From the NCBI GenBank assembly GCA_900128395.1, contig LT649324.1, forward strand, positions 1 through 37,557: a stretch of DNA of 37,557 nucleotides. Reading direction: 5' to 3'. Shown piece after piece: positions 31,628 to 37,557 of this stretch. Position numbers and translations under genes: made by a program. The stretch comes from Stramenopiles sp. TOSAG23-2 (lineage: Eukaryota). The first letter of the stretch is position 1. The number at the start of each line of letters is the position of its first letter. The notes under the pieces were generated by a model, which saw only the letters and a list, made by a program, of their open reading frames with translations, did not search any database and was not told the origin of the DNA.

Positions 31628-31764
31628 AAAATATTACGCCATATATATGTGTAAAATTTTTATAACTACGATAAAATACAAATATTTTTATTAAAATATT
31701 ACTCGTATTAAATTAAAAATATTATAAAATTTAATTTTAATTCCTCTCATATTATGATAAATTC

Positions 31765-33807
31765 TCATCGATCCCTTGTAATATATTTTTTGGCTTTTTC
31801 ATTTCTAAGATCTTTTTGTAACCCTATAATTAATTTCGTCAAGTGTAAATTTTCCTCGTTTACCTTTTCTAATTCCACTACTGTGCTTTGATGCAATCGT
31901 TGCATCCCGTCCAACTGTCGTGTTAGTTCATTATTTTCATTTTCTATTTTTTCAACTGTCTTTTGCAATTCTTCTTTTGACATCATTTGTGTAATTGCTT
32001 TATTAAAAATATCAAATATAGTCGTCTCTGCATTCGTATAATCATTATCAACTAAATTTACTAAATAATACGATTCGCGTATATCTTGCAATACTTTCTG
32101 TGCCTTTGTATATTTCTCCTTCTCTTTCTCTTCCACAGATGTTGGTCCTTTTTTATAAATATTTTCCCACATTCTCCAAAGCTCAAATGCTTCTTCTGAC
32201 CATACGCGGAAACTAGCAGTATCAACTACAGTCGGTTGGATAATTTCACGACATGGGAAAACACCCCAGGTCACTGCATTTGCACCTTCATTTACATTTA
32301 ATGTTTCTTCCCCGTTGACATTCCTTGCATGGTAAGATAATAATGGATATTTCGGCATTAATTTCAATAAAATATCTAACATGTCTTTGTTACAAAAAAA
32401 TTCCACGTATGCTTTTTGAAATACGTAACCACCTTCACCACCCCATCCATGAATTGGATCAGCAGAAGGTGCAGCGTTTACACTTGGTTGACTATTGATC
32501 GTTAAGAATCCTGCATTGTTCATTGTATTCAAATTTCGTAAAATTCGACTTGATTCCCCGGTCAACGCTTGATCGCACCATGGCAACATTTTAATTTTAC
32601 CCGATAGAAATTTTAAAAATACTTTTTTTACATCCAAGACTGATTGCGGCAATCCCCATTGTTTCAATTGACTTTTCTTTGGACGTTTATATGCCAAATA
32701 ATAATCAGTCAATTCACCATATGCAGGTGACCTATTGTCTCCCCATCTACCATTTGGAAATTCATCCCAAGTAGCAGTCCGTGATAAATAACTAGCCTCC
32801 CGTTGCTTCCAGAAAATTGGCCTTACATCTTCCTTCGCATTTCGTTCCATATAGGGTAATTGGCGTTGGGAATTTTTTGGCAACATCCCTAATCCTTGCA
32901 AAATTTGCGTAACGGCTACTGCTAAATTCATCGTGTAAAAATGCAAGGATCTGAAACCAATACTATTCTCTTTGCATTCGATTAACAAACGTTGCATTGT
33001 TTTGACCCCCAATTCAACACCATATGCTTTCACTGCTTCGTCGTTGTCTTTAATTTTCTTTAAAGATAAACGAATTTCTTGTGGAATAGCAGTTTTACAC
33101 CAGGACGTAAATTTCTCAAAACTACGATAATTTTGTATCGGTAAATATCCTGGTAATATTGGTATATTGATTCCATATTCTTTCACGCGCTTGATATAAC
33201 CTATGTAATTATCGACATCGAAAAAAAATTGAGATATCATAAAATCTGCACCAGCATCGCATTTTTCCTTTAAAAAGGCTAAATCTTGATCCTTTGTTTT
33301 AGTTGATGGTGGCAAATGTGTACTATTCCATCCGTCCGTATGAACTTCTGGATAACATGCCACTGCTACGCAAAAATAATCACCATGTTCCTCTCGTATT
33401 AATTTCACTAATTCAATAGCATTTGTAAATCCACCTGGACATGGCTGCCACTTCGATTCTCCTATTGGCGGATCTCCCCTCAATGCTAAGATATTTTGTA
33501 TCCCCGCCTCACGGGCATTTTTCAATACACGTTTTAAATCACTTCTAGGCAAGTGGCAAGTTAAATGTAATAAAACATCTAACCCATACGTTTGTATTTC
33601 ACGTCCAATTTTTAACCACAAATTCTCGTTTTTAAATGCACTTCTCCACGTCAAAGTGACAAAAGTTGGTCTTAAATTTGCATTCATATCACTTACACGA
33701 TTCAACAAATTCGATATGCCCGCTTCTGTTTTTGCGGGAAAATATTCAAATGACACCGTCGTTCCTCCATCTTCATAAGTTTTTAAGATTTTATCAATAA
33801 TTTTCAT
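31765..33807 (-). CDS. MTHFR: Methylenetetrahydrofolate reductase, eukaryotic two-domain type, with extra C-terminal coiled coil
   Basis: Catalytic motifs 'SFEYFPAKT', 'LHLTC', 'NILALRGDPP', 'ACYPEVH', 'AGADFMISQFFFD', 'LHFYTMN'; regulatory domain 'EDVRPIFW', 'WDEFPNGRWGDNRSPAYGEL', 'TINSQPSVN', 'GYVFQKAYVEFF', 'NAVTWGVFP.REIIQPTVVD'. Confidence 0.97.
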   Translation of the reverse strand: MKIIDKILKTYEDGGTTVSFEYFPAKTEAGISNLLNRVSDMNANLRPTFVTLTWRSAFKNENLWLKIGREIQTYGLDVLLHLTCHLPRSDLKRVLKNAREAGIQNILALRGDPPIGESKWQPCPGGFTNAIELVKLIREEHGDYFCVAVACYPEVHTDGWNSTHLPPSTKTKDQDLAFLKEKCDAGADFMISQFFFDVDNYIGYIKRVKEYGINIPILPGYLPIQNYRSFEKFTSWCKTAIPQEIRLSLKKIKDNDEAVKAYGVELGVKTMQRLLIECKENSIGFRSLHFYTMNLAVAVTQILQGLGMLPKNSQRQLPYMERNAKEDVRPIFWKQREASYLSRTATWDEFPNGRWGDNRSPAYGELTDYYLAYKRPKKSQLKQWGLPQSVLDVKKVFLKFLSGKIKMLPWCDQALTGESSRILRNLNTMNNAGFLTINSQPSVNAAPSADPIHGWGGEGGYVFQKAYVEFFCNKDMLDILLKLMPKYPLLSYHARNVNGEETLNVNEGANAVTWGVFPCREIIQPTVVDTASFRVWSEEAFELWRMWENIYKKGPTSVEEKEKEKYTKAQKVLQDIRESYYLVNLVDNDYTNAETTIFDIFNKAITQMMSKEELQKTVEKIENENNELTRQLDGMQRLHQSTVVELEKVNEENLHLTKLIIGLQKDLRNEKAKKYITRDR

Positions 33808-34332
33808 TTTTATAAATAATAATATACAAATAATCAGATTAAATTTTATTGTAATATTTACTAAAACAATTGTTCCAAAAGATTCTTTTCTTTCTTTCTT
33901 CCTAAATGATACACTTCTTGTATCTATAAATATATGTTATATATACGCACACACTTACTATATTTTGTTGTATTCGTTTGGTATGTCATTTCACGTATAA
34001 TAATCGGAATTCTATAATGTAAATGTATATATAATCGAATAATTTTTTATTATTATTCAATAATTATTTATTATGAATCTCAATAATAAATACCTGGTAT
34101 ATTACAGTATTACTTATTGTTGCACGCGCAAGAAGAGCTAGCTATTTGTTCTAATTGTATTCCCATGGTAATAATATTTTATTATAAGCAACATAACACC
34201 ACAAAATATTTTTATGCTACTAATTGGTATACTGTAACTAGTAATAAATACACCTATTAATTGAAATTAATGAGGAAAGAAGAAAGAAACTATAAAACAC
34301 TGGGATGCAAATGCCTAATCACTAATAAAAGG

Positions 34333-34350
34333 TAGAGAGGATCCTCTCTA
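34333..34350. repeat. 18 bp perfect palindrome TAGAGAGGATCCTCTCTA
   Basis: Read directly; shares its 16 bp core with 25755-25770, and a partial copy GGATCCTCTCT lies at 10984-10994. Confidence 0.8.
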
Positions 34351-34731
34351 AACTACGGTGGTAAGTATTACAATATTAATACGTGATATATTAATAAATA
34401 AATAAAGGCCAGCTGGTGTGCCTACCTATAATACTCTGGACACCAGAGATTTTCCTTGCCAGTACCCTGACAAGGAAAACTAGTGCCTACCAGCCTTTAC
34501 CAGCCAAATAATAATACATACAATCATAGTATAATACTATAATAATAGTAAGTAATAAGAATAAAACAAAAAAAATAATAATAATGAATAAACGCTTTTA
34601 GACTATAATATTACTTTATATTAAATACATGTGATGAGATAGGTATATATTTTACTAAAATTTTCACAATAAGCAACTTCAGTCATATAAGCATATATAT
34701 ATATGATAGTAGTAATAATAACAGCAACAAA

Positions 34732-35643
34732 ATGTCATTAAAACAAATTTCAGAGTTATTGGAACGTGTAGAGCGTGTGGAGGAAAAGTATGAACCACAG
34801 ACACAAAATGTTATTGAAGATTCTTGGGCTAGTCGTCGTTCAAAAGTATTTGCTGCATTACAAGGTGTTACAAAAGAGATGGATTTACTAGACGAAGCTA
34901 TGCAAAAACATGATAGCTTTCAAATACCGCAAATTAAACATAAAATTAGAAAAGCTCATCAGATTATACGTGAAGTAATTAAACGTATGAGAATGGTATA
35001 TGAGAAAACAGCGAAAAAAGCAAGTCGAAAAAGAGGTGCTAAAAAGCAAGAAGTAGAGAAGGAAGTAGCAAGTATGAAAAGCGATTTAACAGAAATTAAT
35101 TTAGAAGTTGAAAGAAGCATTAATGAATTTCATAAAAAGTTAGGTTTAGGTGGTGATGACAAAAGTGATTTAGAGATGGCTGGTATAAATAGTATGAATA
35201 TAGAATTAACAAATTTGATGGGCGGCTCAGAGGACGACAATAATAATGATAATCCTTTTATGTCAGATAAAAAATCAGGAGGTGGACAAAATGATAATAC
35301 AGGTATAAATAATCTTGGTGCGTATGAAGAACAAGTATTAGAACAAGTCGATAAAGAGCAACAGGAACTTGATAATCAATTAGATATGTTAGAGTCTTTA
35401 ATGCCTCAGATAAAAGAAATGGCAAATGTGATAGGTGAACAATTAGATGTGACAAATGCATTGGCAAAGGACGTTACTAAAAAGGTCCAAAAGGCTGATG
35501 ACAAATTAACAAATGTAGGTAAACAAATGGATGAATTTCAAAAAGAAGCAAAAGCGGCCAATCATTTATGTTACATCATTGGTTTTATAATTTTATTAGG
35601 TCTTGCTGGGGTTATTTATAATTTAATGCGTGGTACAGATTGA
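34732..35643 (+). CDS. Tail-anchored SNARE, Qc/SYP7-like syntaxin
   Basis: N-terminal helical bundle, acidic linker, SNARE heptads 'QQELDNQLDMLESLMPQIKEMANVIGEQLDVTNALAKDVTKKVQKADDKLTNVGKQM', C-terminal TM 'LCYIIGFIILLGLAGVIYNLM'. Confidence 0.85.
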   Translation: MSLKQISELLERVERVEEKYEPQTQNVIEDSWASRRSKVFAALQGVTKEMDLLDEAMQKHDSFQIPQIKHKIRKAHQIIREVIKRMRMVYEKTAKKASRKRGAKKQEVEKEVASMKSDLTEINLEVERSINEFHKKLGLGGDDKSDLEMAGINSMNIELTNLMGGSEDDNNNDNPFMSDKKSGGGQNDNTGINNLGAYEEQVLEQVDKEQQELDNQLDMLESLMPQIKEMANVIGEQLDVTNALAKDVTKKVQKADDKLTNVGKQMDEFQKEAKAANHLCYIIGFIILLGLAGVIYNLMRGTD

Positions 35644-36141
35644 GATTGTATATTATATATATATTATATGAAGTACGACATATCGAGTCGGCCACGCAGA
35701 TTTATATATATATTATATATATAAAATAATAGTAGTAGAGAGTTAAAGTAGTTTTAAAATTAAAAATACAATAACAACATAATACCTGGTAATATCAAAA
35801 CCAGATATTTTTTCACATTATGATAGTACATTTTTGGTAGTATACCAGGTATATTCTTCTGTATAGAAAGAGTCTGACGACGCAGACTATTCTTCTGTGT
35901 AGTGTATCCTGCCATACAGTATACCTTAACCTATTACTATACCAAAATAAAAAATATGGAGAAATTATTAAAAAAAATACTAAAATATAGTAGGAAATAA
36001 TATTAATATGCATTTAAATATATAACCATGTACTGTTGGACAGACAAGATAGTATATATTGTATATCAAAATTGTGGAACGAGGTAAGTGTACATATTTT
36101 GAATTATAGTCACATCCTTCCTTATCTATATATAAAGCAAG

Positions 36142-36624
36142 ATGACAACAAAATTAACAGTTGATGAAGTTATAAAAGAATTAAAACTGGAAAAAAAAGA
36201 AAATCATAATATCGATACAATTATTAAAGAAATAAGAAAAGAGTATACTTCAAGTGATACAGTAGTTGATTTATTAAAGTATTGGACAAAGCAATACGAG
36301 ACGTCATCAGTTCACAATTTAGAAATAGACATTATATCTGATGATAACCGTTATTTTAAAATGATTAAGCCTGAGGATATGGCATTTACCCGGAATTGTT
36401 GCTTATCACTGAAAGAAGTTGATTATATAAAAAGTTTATTAGTTGCATTGACAGTGGGTACAGTTTTATTTTGTATCAATTATTTAAATTTAGTTATTAT
36501 GGGGAAAATGGATACGGAAAAATGGGTCAAAATGTCTGTCACGTATTGTGTTCCTTTTTGTACAGCTACCTATGGTCAAATGATTCCAATTTTGAAAAAG
36601 CCCAAAAAGCAATATAATATATGA
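36142..36624 (+). CDS. Small membrane protein with C-terminal NrtS-like (bacterial small nitrate/nitrite transporter) domain
   Basis: 160 aa; last ~60 aa 'KSLLVALTVGTVLFCINY...KWVKMSVTYCVPFCTATYG' match the NrtS pattern as I recall it (ALxVGTxLxxIN ... TYxVP[YF]xVxxYG, two TM helices). Not verified by HMM. Confidence 0.75.
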   Translation: MTTKLTVDEVIKELKLEKKENHNIDTIIKEIRKEYTSSDTVVDLLKYWTKQYETSSVHNLEIDIISDDNRYFKMIKPEDMAFTRNCCLSLKEVDYIKSLLVALTVGTVLFCINYLNLVIMGKMDTEKWVKMSVTYCVPFCTATYGQMIPILKKPKKQYNI

Positions 36625-36862
36625 GCTATGTGTGTGTGCTGTGTTTGTATGTGTTTTTATGTAATTGTCTGTCTTTACTTCGAATAATTTAAATTTAAAA
36701 TATTAAATACATGTAGGAGTAGGAATTATCATGAGTAAATTGAAAAAAAAATCTTATTTATTATATATGTGCGTAAATTAAATTATATTAAATATGATGA
36801 TTGATTTTCTTCACACATCATCAGGTTTATTATGGATTTCCAGGACTTCTCTTTCTCTTTTT

Positions 36863-37555
36863 TCACTTCTTCTTTGTATTACGCGTGCTATAATTACTCC
36901 TCAATTCTTCAGCACGTTTTAATTGCAATTCATGCAATCGATCTTCATTTAATTTTATAGTATTTTCAACATTAAACAATTGTGCACGACCATCACTGCT
37001 TTTTTTTTCCAATGATTGCAATTTACGTTCAACAATACGTTGATAGGTCCTTTGTTTTGATTTAACACGATTTTCTGCATTATTACTAAAATGCTGTTGC
37101 AGCATTGCAGCATCTTCATCTTGTTTTGTTTTCTGTTGTTTGCTCTGGCTCAAACGGCGACGCTTGCGTTCTTCCAATCGTTTTGCTAATTTTTCATGTT
37201 GTGCTTGTCGCTTTACTTCCAATTGTTGAGCTGCTTGTTCTTGGTACAATTCCATACGTTGTTGCGATAGCTTGATACGTTCCAATTCTAATCGTTTCAA
37301 CTCTTCATCTTGAAATTTTGCCGTATCGATTAATTTATCATAATCTGTATATGATGTTGCAGCACGTTTTAATTCATCTTTAAAGGATGGTATTTGGGAA
37401 TTATTGCTATTATTGTTTGCATCGTTTAAAAACCCGTTTTTGCCAAGTTTTGTTAAAAAACCTTCATTCATTATTCCACCATTATTATTGTTGTTGTTGT
37501 TGTTGTTGTTGTTGTTATTATTATTATTATTATTATCACTATCATCATCATTATC
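36863..37555 (-). CDS. Coiled-coil protein of unknown function, C-terminal part (5'-partial)
   Basis: Frame remains open upstream of the Met at 37471 to the window edge (DNDDDSD, poly-N, GGI, MNEG); K/R/E/Q-rich helical sequence; stop TGA at 36863-36865. Confidence 0.7.
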   Translation of the reverse strand, partial: DNDDDSDNNNNNNNNNNNNNNNNNNGGIMNEGFLTKLGKNGFLNDANNNSNNSQIPSFKDELKRAATSYTDYDKLIDTAKFQDEELKRLELERIKLSQQRMELYQEQAAQQLEVKRQAQHEKLAKRLEERKRRRLSQSKQQKTKQDEDAAMLQQHFSNNAENRVKSKQRTYQRIVERKLQSLEKKSSDGRAQLFNVENTIKLNEDRLHELQLKRAEELRSNYSTRNTKKK

Positions 37556-37557
37556 AA

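Noticed and set aside
11457-33807. One-carbon/methylation gene cluster (choline transporter, rRNA methyltransferase, MTHFR)
   Set aside because: Genes are about 10 kb apart and interleaved with unrelated functions; consistent with ordinary eukaryotic gene order.
1-37557. Alternative genetic code or stop-codon readthrough
   Set aside because: Conserved proteins translate full length in the standard code and TAA, TAG and TGA all terminate genes at expected positions.
1-37557. Giant-virus origin suggested by intronless AT-rich genes
   Set aside because: No NCLDV core genes; content (CTL, TTLL, RNF170, two-domain MTHFR, SNARE) and 0.5-1.4 kb microsatellite-bearing spacers fit a cellular eukaryote.
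37478-37557. (TTG)n/(TTA)n/(TCA)n run as a telomere or non-coding satellite
   Set aside because: It is in frame with the minus-strand ORF and encodes poly-Asn/Asp, so it is best read as coding low-complexity sequence.

Overview
AT-rich, gene-dense eukaryotic nuclear DNA with 14 apparently single-exon protein genes, mostly alternating convergent/divergent, and no rRNA, tRNA or CRISPR. A flagellated/ciliated protist, plausibly a stramenopile, is inferred from the TTLL enzyme, the giant TIG/Cys-rich membrane protein and the near absence of introns; the taxon cannot be fixed from the sequence. Genes in order: a 5'-truncated >3000 aa IPT/TIG + Cys-repeat multipass membrane protein, a GT-A-type glycosyltransferase, a CTL/SLC44 choline transporter-like protein, an EF-hand/C2/coiled-coil protein, a TTL-like ligase, a Bmt5/DUF2431-like rRNA methyltransferase, a mitochondrial carrier, a 966 aa orphan, a type I membrane protein, RNF170, MTHFR, a SYP7-like Qc-SNARE, a small protein with a bacterial NrtS-like domain, and a 5'-truncated coiled-coil protein. 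Best leads: (1) the NrtS-like domain in a eukaryotic gene; (2) intergenic DNA peppered with TA-flanked short motifs (TACCWGGTA, TACTCGTA, TACWGTA) and a recurrent AGAGAGGATCCTCTCT palindrome, resembling DNA-transposon excision scars or a promoter vocabulary; (3) a 377 bp MITE with nested inverted repeats; (4) the giant CRMP-like receptor/channel candidate with a thrice-repeated cytosolic motif.
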